Assembly: GCA_015233115.1 (NCBI GenBank)
Contig: JADFYJ010000007.1
Location: 40,885-104,884 of the forward strand
Direction: 5' to 3'
Origin: Candidatus Omnitrophota bacterium
GTDB taxonomy: Bacteria; Omnitrophota; Gorgyraeia; Zapsychrales; Zapsychraceae
DNA length: 64,000 bases
A program made the position numbers and the translations under genes. Shown here one piece after another: positions 39,111 through 46,746 of this stretch (positions are counted from its first letter, which is position 1; the number at the start of each line of letters is the position of its first letter). The notes below the pieces were generated by a model that worked only from the letters and a program-made list of their open reading frames with translations, was not told the origin of the DNA and searched no databases.

Positions 39111-39176
39111 AGGTCGGAAGTCAAAAGTCAGACGTCAGAAGAAAAAACAATAAACAAAAACCACCAAAACTAACAA
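39111..39176 (+). repeat. Hybrid heptamer element: AAGTCAG left arm plus degenerate ACCAAAA right arm
   Basis: aggtcgg aagtcaa aagtcag acgtcag aag ... acaataa acaaaaa ccaccaaaactaaca; same pairing as 5283-5374. Confidence 0.7.
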
Positions 39177-39180
39177 TTAA

Positions 39181-39906
39181 ATGTCAAAAATATTAGAACC
39201 GGTTACAATTCTCATTCCAAGTCGCTATAACAATCGTTTGATTCTTGAATTGAACATTAAAACCATACGAAAATATACAACCGATTATCCTTATAAAATT
39301 ATTATTGGTGATGCTGGCATTGATAAAGAAACCATGGATTTTTTAACTCAACAAAACGATATTGAAATTGTCGTTTGCCCTGACCAAAAACGGCCTAAAG
39401 ACCATTTAGCCCGTATCTGTAATACCAAATATTTTATTTTTTTCCATGATGATATTCATATCTTACGCCCTGGATGGTTATCTCGGCGCGTCGAAATAAT
39501 GGAAACAAATCCACAAATCGGAGTGTCCGGAGTTATGGGCAATAATTTAATCCCTGGCTGGAAATGGAAACAGTTTATTCCGTTTTTGCCCGTATTATAC
39601 AAACGCTTTTTCCCGCTTATGCTTATGGTCAGAAATGAAACACAAAAAGAATTAGATCTAACTTGGTCAAAAATAAAGGGATTTGATACCGGAGCCATTG
39701 CTTATTATCAATTCTGCCGTCAAAAAAAATGGAAATTTAAGCCATATCCGTTTAAACATGATATCAAACATTGGGGGGCGATGACCTGGGTTGTTCAGCA
39801 TAAAACAGACCATCAACCGTCGAAATTGGATCTCAATAATTTACTGCTGATTCGGACGGAAAAAGAACAGCTCATAAAAAAGATATTGGAAAGCGGCCAA
39901 TTTTAA
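39181..39906 (+). CDS. Glycosyltransferase family 2 protein
   Basis: VTILIPS, IIIGDAG, FFHDD. Confidence 0.75.
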   Translation: MSKILEPVTILIPSRYNNRLILELNIKTIRKYTTDYPYKIIIGDAGIDKETMDFLTQQNDIEIVVCPDQKRPKDHLARICNTKYFIFFHDDIHILRPGWLSRRVEIMETNPQIGVSGVMGNNLIPGWKWKQFIPFLPVLYKRFFPLMLMVRNETQKELDLTWSKIKGFDTGAIAYYQFCRQKKWKFKPYPFKHDIKHWGAMTWVVQHKTDHQPSKLDLNNLLLIRTEKEQLIKKILESGQF

Positions 39907-39961
39907 AAAATCCCCCTTTACAGGCACAAAAAAATCTGGTATAAATGGCTTCCATTTTAAT

Positions 39962-40017
39962 GCCGGCGTAGCCCGTTCGACATCGCTCAGGACTTGCCGG
40001 AAAATATAAAATTTTGT
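39962..40017 (+). mobile_element. 56-bp element duplicating the 5' 11 nt of tRNA-Thr
   Basis: gccggcgtagc + ccgttcgacatcgctcaggac + AT-rich spacer, then the intact tRNA. Confidence 0.7.
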
Positions 40018-40090
40018 GCCGGCGTAGCTCAGTTGGTAGAGCAATTGACTTGTAATCAATAGGTCGGGGGTTCGAAGCCTCTCGCCGGCT
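40018..40090 (+). tRNA. tRNA-Thr(TGT)
   Basis: Acceptor GCCGGCG/CGCCGGC, anticodon arm attga-cttgtaa-tcaat, GTTCGA; CCA not encoded. Confidence 0.95.
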
Positions 40091-40113
40091 TTTATCGCTC
40101 TTTTTAAATTTTT

Positions 40114-40196
40114 GGGTAGGTACTCAAGTGGTCAAAGAGGACAGACTGTAAATCTGTTGCGCTTGCGCTTCCAAGGTTCGAATCCTTGCCTGCCCA
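40114..40196 (+). tRNA. tRNA-Tyr(GTA)
   Basis: acaga-ctgtaaa-tctgt anticodon arm, long variable arm, GGTTCGAATCC. Confidence 0.95.
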
Positions 40197-40330
40197 TTTT
40201 TAAAAATTAATCTAGTAAGGCAGTGAAGGATGAGAAGAGAGCTCTGCTTATAACTACGACGAATAGGAGTAGTTATAGAGCGAGTGGCCGACCGAAGCAA
40301 CGCGGAGGCGCCAGAATCCTTGCCTGCCCA
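40197..40330 (+). mobile_element. 134-bp element ending in a duplicate of the tRNA-Tyr 3' end
   Basis: gaatccttgcctgccca(ttt) at 40180 and 40314; internal hairpin with loop GACGAATAGGA. Confidence 0.75.
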
Positions 40331-40344
40331 TTTATAAATTTTGT

Positions 40345-40481
40345 AAGTGGTAAACGTGGCAAAGGCAGTAAAGGTGATTGAATGGCGATTCATGAATCGC
40401 CCACTAAAAAAATATCGTTTTTTCAATTATCTGTTTTTATTACCTTTACCTCGTTTACCACCTTTATCACCTTTACAACTT
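40345..40481. repeat. Nonamer inverted-arm element enclosing the REP-like palindrome GGCGATTCATGAATCGCC
   Basis: aagtggtaa acgtggcaa aggcagtaa aggtgat ... ttattacct ttacctcgt ttaccacct ttatcacct ttacaactt; palindrome at 40384-40401. Confidence 0.85.
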
Positions 40482-40487
40482 ATTCGT

Positions 40488-40558
40488 GCGGGCGTAGTTC
40501 AGTGGTAGAATGCAAGCCTTCCAAGCTTGTTACGTGGGTTCGATTCCCATCGCCCGCT
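40488..40558 (+). tRNA. tRNA-Gly(TCC)
   Basis: GCGGGCG/CGCCCGC, caagc-cttccaa-gcttg, GGTTCGATTCC. Confidence 0.95.
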
Positions 40559-40669
40559 TTTTTTCCCGGAAAGGGAATCGAAGGGAGCGGAGCAAGATGC
40601 GACGAATAGGAGCATCTGGCTTGCGAAGCGAGTGGCCGACCCGAAGGGCGCCGATTCCCATCGCCCGCT
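40559..40669 (+). mobile_element. 111-bp element ending in a duplicate of the tRNA-Gly 3' end
   Basis: cgattcccatcgcccgcttttt at 40541 and 40652; same GACGAATAGGA loop and GCGAGTGGCCGACC block as the Tyr element. Confidence 0.75.
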
Positions 40670-40701
40670 TTTTTATTTCATCATCCACCTACGGCTTTCA
40701 T

Positions 40702-41301
40702 ATGAAAAATCTCAGACCCCTTATCTTGACTTTAATCCTTGTTTTATCAAGTCCCATCGTATACGCTGCACCTGTTAATTATTTGATCACTCCTAACAAA
40801 ACTGAATTGATATTTTTAGGTACCTCTACACTGCATGCATTTCATGGCGACTGTAAATCGTTTAAAGGCGAACTCCAATTTACTGAAAAACCACAATCAG
40901 CTCCTGACATTTCCGGCAGAGTCGTTGTTGATGTGAACATGATGACCACGGGTAATAAAACGATGGATCTTAAAATGTTTCAAATGCTTCAAAACGACCA
41001 ATTTCCCATTATTGTATATGAAATCCAAAAATTTATTCCAACAACAAAAACATTAACTGAAGAATCCATACCGGGAAAACTGATCGGACAATTAACGATC
41101 CGTAAAATAACTTTGCCCATTGAATGTGAAGTTGTTGTTAGAAAAACAGTCCGCGGTGAATACGATCTGGAAGGGAAGTCAAAATTAAGTTTAATTGAAT
41201 TCCAAATGAAACCGCCAACCGTATTAAAAATTCTTAACGTGCATGATCCTGTTGGAATTATTTTTACAGCAACCCTGGAACCCAATCTTCAAAAACCGTG
41301 A
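40702..41301 (+). CDS. YceI family protein
   Basis: Signal peptide, STLHAFHG, TGNKTMD, FP.I.Y, GQLTIR; start reassigned to ATG 40702. Confidence 0.85.
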   Translation: MKNLRPLILTLILVLSSPIVYAAPVNYLITPNKTELIFLGTSTLHAFHGDCKSFKGELQFTEKPQSAPDISGRVVVDVNMMTTGNKTMDLKMFQMLQNDQFPIIVYEIQKFIPTTKTLTEESIPGKLIGQLTIRKITLPIECEVVVRKTVRGEYDLEGKSKLSLIEFQMKPPTVLKILNVHDPVGIIFTATLEPNLQKP

Positions 41302-41379
41302 CAATGTGACAATGCAAAAACAAAAAACGATTGTTGGCAAAACGAAAATTTTTATTAAGACAAACTAGTTAGGAAACGC

Positions 41380-42084
41380 ATGAAAGTAACTCTTTTAATT
41401 CCGACTTTAAATGAAATCGACGGCATGAAAACTATTATGCCCAAGGTTAAACGCGAATGGATCGATCAGATCCTGGTCGTTGATGGGCAATCCACTGACG
41501 GAACTGCTGACTATGCGCGAGCGCAAGGTTATGATGTGGTCATCCAACAGCAAAAAGGCATCCGCCACGCTTACATGGAAGCTTTGCCGCACATTCAAGG
41601 CGATATTATTCTGACCTTTAGTCCGGATGGAAATTCAATTCCCGAATTGATCCCGGAGTGTCTCAATAAAATGAAAGAAGGATACGATATGGTTATCGTA
41701 TCTCGCTACGCCAAAGGCGCGAAAAGTTATGATGATGATGCCATTACCGCTTTTGGAAATAAAGTTTTCACCACTTCAATCAGTTTATTACATGGTTTTC
41801 CCTATACTGACGCCATGGTCATTTACCGGGCCTACAAAAAAAGTTTAATCACTGAACTCGATCTAGATAAAGATGAAAGTTATGCCTTTCCAGAAAAACT
41901 ATTTAATACTAAAATAAGCTGGGAACCGTTATTATCGATTAGAGCGGCAAAACGTAAATTAAAGATCGCCGAAATTCCTGGAGATGAACCAGTCCGCGAA
42001 GGCGGCGAACGCAAACTCCAAGTCATGAAATGGGGCGCGGCATACATGTATCAAGTGATCAGTGAAGTATTTATTTGGAAGTAA
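41380..42084 (+). CDS. GT2 glycosyltransferase (DPM1-like)
   Basis: LIPTLNE, VVDGQSTDGT, SPDG, DMVIVSRY. Confidence 0.88.
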   Translation: MKVTLLIPTLNEIDGMKTIMPKVKREWIDQILVVDGQSTDGTADYARAQGYDVVIQQQKGIRHAYMEALPHIQGDIILTFSPDGNSIPELIPECLNKMKEGYDMVIVSRYAKGAKSYDDDAITAFGNKVFTTSISLLHGFPYTDAMVIYRAYKKSLITELDLDKDESYAFPEKLFNTKISWEPLLSIRAAKRKLKIAEIPGDEPVREGGERKLQVMKWGAAYMYQVISEVFIWK

Positions 42085-42103
42085 AAAGGAAAAATACATT
42101 AAT

Positions 42104-43099
42104 ATGAAACATATATCAATTATCGGCGACGGCGGGTGGGGGACCACTTTAGCTGTTCATTTGGCAAAAAAAAATTATTCCATCAAACTCTGGGGAGCGT
42201 TCGCGCCTTATGTGGCGGAAGTATCGCAAACCCGGATTAATTCAAAATTTTTACCCGGCATAAGATTACCGGTGAGTATTGAATTATCTTCTGACCTCAA
42301 ATATATATTATCCCAATCAGACCTTTGGGTATTTGCCGTGCCATCCAAATATGCGGCGGATGTGTTAAAGCAGATTAAATCTTCCAAAATTAATTTACAT
42401 GGGAAAACCATAGTCAGCGTAACTAAAGGGTTAGATACCAAAACTCTTAAACGCATGTCCGAGATCATAGCAGATCAACTCCAAGGGATACAAGTTGCTG
42501 TCTTATCCGGGCCGACGATTGCCATGGAAGTCGCGCAAGGAATCCCGTCCACTGCCGTCGTTGCGTCTAAAAAGTTAAGCACAGCTAAAGCCATTCAAGA
42601 AATCTTTAATTCTTCGACCTTCCGCATTTATACCAATACAGATGTTATCGGTGTTGAGCTGGGAGGAACTGTAAAAAATATTATCGCGATAGCTTGCGGT
42701 GTATGCGACGGATTAAAATTCGGCACAAATACCAAATCTGCCATTGTCACCCGCGGCTTGGCAGAAATGTCCCGGCTGGGAAAAGCCATGGGCGCCAAAC
42801 AACGCACCTTGATCGGTTTAACCGGTTTAGGTGATCTGGTTACAACCTGTTTTAGCCCGCGCAGTCGCAACCGCACCTTTGGTGAACAACTGGGTTCTGG
42901 AAAAAAAGCCAAAGATATTTTAGCGTCTATGGAAATGGTAGCAGAGGGAGCGGAGTCTGTTCAAGCTGTGCATAAACTGAGTCAAAAACTCGACGTATCC
43001 ATGCCGATTACAACCGAAGTTTTCAATATCGTGTACAAAGACAAAAACCCGATGCAAGCTGTGACAGATTTAATGACTCGCAAAACGAAATCCGAATAA
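42104..43099 (+). CDS. gpsA: NAD(P)H-dependent glycerol-3-phosphate dehydrogenase
   Basis: GDGGWGT, LSGP, GVELGGTVKN, GLGDLVTTC..SRNR; start ATG 42104. Confidence 0.95.
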   Translation: MKHISIIGDGGWGTTLAVHLAKKNYSIKLWGAFAPYVAEVSQTRINSKFLPGIRLPVSIELSSDLKYILSQSDLWVFAVPSKYAADVLKQIKSSKINLHGKTIVSVTKGLDTKTLKRMSEIIADQLQGIQVAVLSGPTIAMEVAQGIPSTAVVASKKLSTAKAIQEIFNSSTFRIYTNTDVIGVELGGTVKNIIAIACGVCDGLKFGTNTKSAIVTRGLAEMSRLGKAMGAKQRTLIGLTGLGDLVTTCFSPRSRNRTFGEQLGSGKKAKDILASMEMVAEGAESVQAVHKLSQKLDVSMPITTEVFNIVYKDKNPMQAVTDLMTRKTKSE

Positions 43100-43104
43100 A
43101 TGTC

Positions 43105-44028
43105 ATGTCCGATTTATTCAATCATATCCATAAGGATTCCCCTGCCAAAATTATCAGCGTGAGCCGGCGCACAGATATTCCCGCGTTTTATACTGATTGG
43201 TTCATAAACCGGGTCAGAGCAGGTTTTTGTGAAGTCGCCAATCCGTTTAATCCCCAGCAGGTCGCCACAGTCAGCTTAAAACCTGAACATGTCATTATTT
43301 TTATTTTTTGGACCAGAGATCCAAAACCATTAATGAAATATCTCCCTGAACTTGACGAAAAAGGTTATCAATACTATTTTCTTTACACAATTACGGGCTA
43401 TCCCAAGCCTTTGGAAAAATCATCGCCTTCCTATGATGTCGCCATAAAAACATTCCGGGAACTCAGCCGAATGATCGGCAAAGAGAAAGTTATCTGGCGA
43501 TACGATCCATTGATTTTATCTAACTTAACTCCAGTTAAATGGCACATGGAAAACATTTCACAATTTTTAAATGATCTAAGCGGTTATACGGACCGCATGA
43601 TGATCAGCATTGTTGAACCGTACAAAAAAACGCTGAACCGGCTGAAAACTGAAACAGATGATCATTTCACTTTAATGACAGACACGTTTTCGTCTGAACC
43701 ATATGCCCCCATTTTTAAATATATAGGCGAGACTGCTCCCCAAAAAGGCATCACACCTATGACGTGCGCCCAGCGCTATGACCTGAAACAATTTGGAATC
43801 CAACATGGTTCATGCATAGACACGGAACTGATTAATAAAATTACCGGAATCAAACGGACTTTTGCGAAAGATCCGTATCAGCGCGAATTTTGCCATTGTG
43901 CCGCGGCCAAAGATATTGGAGCGCCAAATACTTGTTTATTTGGATGCCCGTATTGTTATGCTACAATCAGTCATAAAACAGCGGTTAACAATTATAGGAA
44001 ACATGATAAAATAGCACCACATATGTAA
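43105..44028 (+). CDS. DUF1848 domain protein
   Basis: IISVSRRTDIPAFY, WRYDP, C-terminal CxC..DIG..TC..C.YCYA. Confidence 0.9.
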   Translation: MSDLFNHIHKDSPAKIISVSRRTDIPAFYTDWFINRVRAGFCEVANPFNPQQVATVSLKPEHVIIFIFWTRDPKPLMKYLPELDEKGYQYYFLYTITGYPKPLEKSSPSYDVAIKTFRELSRMIGKEKVIWRYDPLILSNLTPVKWHMENISQFLNDLSGYTDRMMISIVEPYKKTLNRLKTETDDHFTLMTDTFSSEPYAPIFKYIGETAPQKGITPMTCAQRYDLKQFGIQHGSCIDTELINKITGIKRTFAKDPYQREFCHCAAAKDIGAPNTCLFGCPYCYATISHKTAVNNYRKHDKIAPHM

Positions 44029-44034
44029 AATTAT

Positions 44035-44118
44035 TGTCATTCCCGCGAAAGCGGGAATCCAAAAATAAATTATATTTTATTATTACTGGATCCCCGAATC
44101 AAACACTCGGGGATGACA
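44035..44118. repeat. dRS3-like double-hairpin repeat, copy 2
   Basis: tgtcattcccgcgaaagcgggaatcca ... tggatccccgaatcaaacactcggggatgaca. Confidence 0.9.
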
Positions 44119-44149
44119 ACTTTAAGTATGTTTGGTTAGGACAGAATAA

Positions 44150-44899
44150 ATGAACTTTTTAAAATCATTACTTGCCTGGTTTTTACGAATAATTTTATTG
44201 CTCTGTATTATCGCAATCTGCGGCTATAAAATTTTAACCTCTTCAAAATGGACGGAAAAATTTGCCGGGCAAATTATCAACCGTCAAGTCACTAACGCCA
44301 GTCTTAAAGATCTAAAAATCAAAAAAATAATTCTCACCCCGAATGATTATATTTGGGAAAAAGTCTCTTTTCATGTGACAACCCAAGGCCAGGATTTCTT
44401 CGTCAACGTTGACCGCGCACAAATTCACAATTTAACTTCTGAAAAATGGGACGTATTCATCACAGACTTACACTTAACTAATACCAATATCTCGCTCAGC
44501 AATGCCAATTTATATGGCAAATTTCAATGGAAGGGACCCCTGACATTTAAAGGCCTGGTTTATGCCAAAGTCCTGAATGACAATTATAAAGGAATAGTTG
44601 CCGGGCCCCTGGCATTTAAAGGAACAGCAAAATCAATCTCCAAATTTAATGCTCATTTAACCTCAACACAGGGGGATATAGCCTCTTCCTTAATCCGCTA
44701 TTTAATGGGAGACGTGAACAATAATTTATCTTTTCTGCCTTTTGAAAACCAACTCAACAAGAAAAAATTTATACGGCTTGAAAATTTAAACCTTACCATT
44801 CATAATAGAACCCAAGATAAATTTGAGATTCAGATGTCATTAAACAGTAATGAATTAAATTTAAAACTGAATCCGACCTTAACCATTAATTTGAGGTAA
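44150..44899 (+). CDS. Membrane-anchored beta-rich protein (short YdbH/AsmA-like by context)
   Basis: N-terminal TM; precedes ynbE-ydbL. Confidence 0.5.
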   Translation: MNFLKSLLAWFLRIILLLCIIAICGYKILTSSKWTEKFAGQIINRQVTNASLKDLKIKKIILTPNDYIWEKVSFHVTTQGQDFFVNVDRAQIHNLTSEKWDVFITDLHLTNTNISLSNANLYGKFQWKGPLTFKGLVYAKVLNDNYKGIVAGPLAFKGTAKSISKFNAHLTSTQGDIASSLIRYLMGDVNNNLSFLPFENQLNKKKFIRLENLNLTIHNRTQDKFEIQMSLNSNELNLKLNPTLTINLR

Positions 44900-44903
44900 A
44901 CCC

Positions 44904-45107
44904 GTGAAAAATTATTTGTTGTCATTTTGCATTTTGGGCATCGCGGTTTTATTTTCCGGATGTACCGTGAAAGCTGTCGGAGACCCCAACCGCCCCATCA
45001 CGATTAACGCGCGCATCACGATCGACGTTAATGGATTAAAAGACACCGCCGCCAACATTGAAGATTATGTCAGCGGAAAAAAAGAACAAATTAAAGTTAA
45101 GAAATAG
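44904..45107 (+). CDS. YnbE-like lipoprotein
   Basis: Lipobox FSGC, PITINARITIDV. Confidence 0.7.
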   Translation: MKNYLLSFCILGIAVLFSGCTVKAVGDPNRPITINARITIDVNGLKDTAANIEDYVSGKKEQIKVKK

Positions 45108-45116
45108 GAGATATCC

Positions 45117-45524
45117 ATGAAAAAAATATCAATACTTTCACTTTTAGTTTTAGGATTAATGTTAGCAAACGCTGGTTTAGTTTTTGCCGCGCAATATGAT
45201 CTCAAACAAATGACCCCTGAAGTTCAGCAAGCATTAGACAGCCGAAAATCCCGTTTTAGCGAATTAGAAAGCCTTAAAACAGCAGGGAAAATTGGTGAAA
45301 CTAACCAAGGTTATGTACAGGCTTTATCCGGCGACTCTCAAGCTGCGTCTGTTGCGTCCCAAGAAAACTCTGACCGCCGAGTTGTTTATCAAACGATTGC
45401 TGAACAAAACGGTATCGCCGATCAAATATCGATAGTGGAGCGCGTTTTTGGCCAAGTCCAAAAAGACAAAGCCGCACCTGGCGTCAAAGTTCAAAACGAA
45501 GATGGCTCCTGGGTTACAAAATAA
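45117..45524 (+). CDS. YdbL (DUF1318) family protein
   Basis: LKTAGKIGETNQGY, ENSDRRVVY..IA, Q..DGSW. Confidence 0.88.
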   Translation: MKKISILSLLVLGLMLANAGLVFAAQYDLKQMTPEVQQALDSRKSRFSELESLKTAGKIGETNQGYVQALSGDSQAASVASQENSDRRVVYQTIAEQNGIADQISIVERVFGQVQKDKAAPGVKVQNEDGSWVTK

Positions 45525-45561
45525 ATTTAATTACTGATTTTCTTAGAAAAGGAAAATAATA

Positions 45562-46089
45562 ATGGCAGGGGAAATTGTGCACGATAAATGGTTACGCTGG
45601 GTAGCGCTCACGACAACAATTCTGGCAGTTATTACTGCGATATTCTCCATGAAAGCATCTGGATTTAGCACCAAGGTGCAAATTTTAACGACTAAAGAAA
45701 ACAACCAGTGGGGCTATTTCCAATCTAAAAGTATCAAACAACACAGCCTAGAACTGCAAAAAGACCTGTTTATTCTGGAAAAATCCCGTGATGGCAACAA
45801 TTCGCAATTTACAGAGTATTTGTCCAAAAAAACTGACGAATATCAAAAAGACCTTGATCGATACAACAAAGAAAAGGCGGAAATTAAAAAAAGCGCGGAA
45901 GACACTATCAAAGAAGAAGAAAAATTTAAGAATAAAGGGGCAAGTCTAGGTCTAGGCGTTATGTTCTTACAAATCTCAATCATGCTATCGTCCGTAGGCG
46001 CCCTCATTAAAAAGCAAGAACTTTGGATTATTGGTTTGTGTTTTGGATTAATCGGAGTTTTTTACGGTGTAATCGGACTTATAAAATAA
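45562..46089 (+). CDS. DUF4337 family membrane protein
   Basis: VALTTTILAV, NQWGYFQSKSIKQ, LQISIMLSS. Confidence 0.8.
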   Translation: MAGEIVHDKWLRWVALTTTILAVITAIFSMKASGFSTKVQILTTKENNQWGYFQSKSIKQHSLELQKDLFILEKSRDGNNSQFTEYLSKKTDEYQKDLDRYNKEKAEIKKSAEDTIKEEEKFKNKGASLGLGVMFLQISIMLSSVGALIKKQELWIIGLCFGLIGVFYGVIGLIK

Positions 46090-46098
46090 GGGTTAACT

Positions 46099-46665
46099 TT
46101 GCAAGCTTTCTTAACATCATTTATATTCGTATTTTTGGCAGAGATGGGTGATAAAACCCAGCTTTTGGCCATGGCATTTGCCAGTAAATATAATCCCTAT
46201 AAAGTTCTTATCGCCATTTGTATTGCGACACTCATCAATCACAGTTTGGCTGTGGCCGCAGGGAAATTATTAAGCACGATCATTCCCATGAACATCATTT
46301 CCCTAATCGCAGCTATATCATTTATTATTTTTGGCTTATGGACGATTCGCGGAGATAAACTGGAAGGAGAAGACAAAAAGCAAAGTCGCTTTGGGCCTAT
46401 TCTAACCGTTGCCATCGCGTTCTTCTTGGCAGAAATGGGAGACAAAACCCAATTAGCCACCATGAGCTTAGCCATTGAATTCAAAAATCCATTTTTCGTT
46501 CTCATAGGTACTACTTTTGGCATGATCATTGCGGACGCATTTGGAATTATTGCCGGTGTAGTATTGCATAAACACATTCCCGAAAAAACCATCAAATGGG
46601 CTTCAGCCAGCATTTTCATCTTATTTGGCATCTTCAGCATCTATCAAATCGTAACAGGCCGTTGA
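46099..46665 (+). CDS. TMEM165/GDT1 (UPF0016) Mn/Ca transporter
   Basis: Two LAEMGDKTQL motifs. Confidence 0.93.
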   Translation: MQAFLTSFIFVFLAEMGDKTQLLAMAFASKYNPYKVLIAICIATLINHSLAVAAGKLLSTIIPMNIISLIAAISFIIFGLWTIRGDKLEGEDKKQSRFGPILTVAIAFFLAEMGDKTQLATMSLAIEFKNPFFVLIGTTFGMIIADAFGIIAGVVLHKHIPEKTIKWASASIFILFGIFSIYQIVTGR

Positions 46666-46746
46666 CCTTGTCTTTTGTCAATTATATGTTATATTTTCCC
46701 ATAGCCTCCTTGGTTATCTAATATTAATAACGCTGATTTAAATATT

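Noticed and set aside
39962-39995. Extra tRNA or pseudo-tRNA (also 50168)
   Set aside because: Only 11 nt match the tRNA; no cloverleaf despite the TTCGA motif
40180-40669. Prophage or genomic island at tRNA att sites
   Set aside because: Duplicated ends enclose only 111-134 bp; no integrase or phage genes in the window
39841-40778. Short ORFs across the tRNA cluster
   Set aside because: They overlap tRNAs and repeat elements and have no coding features
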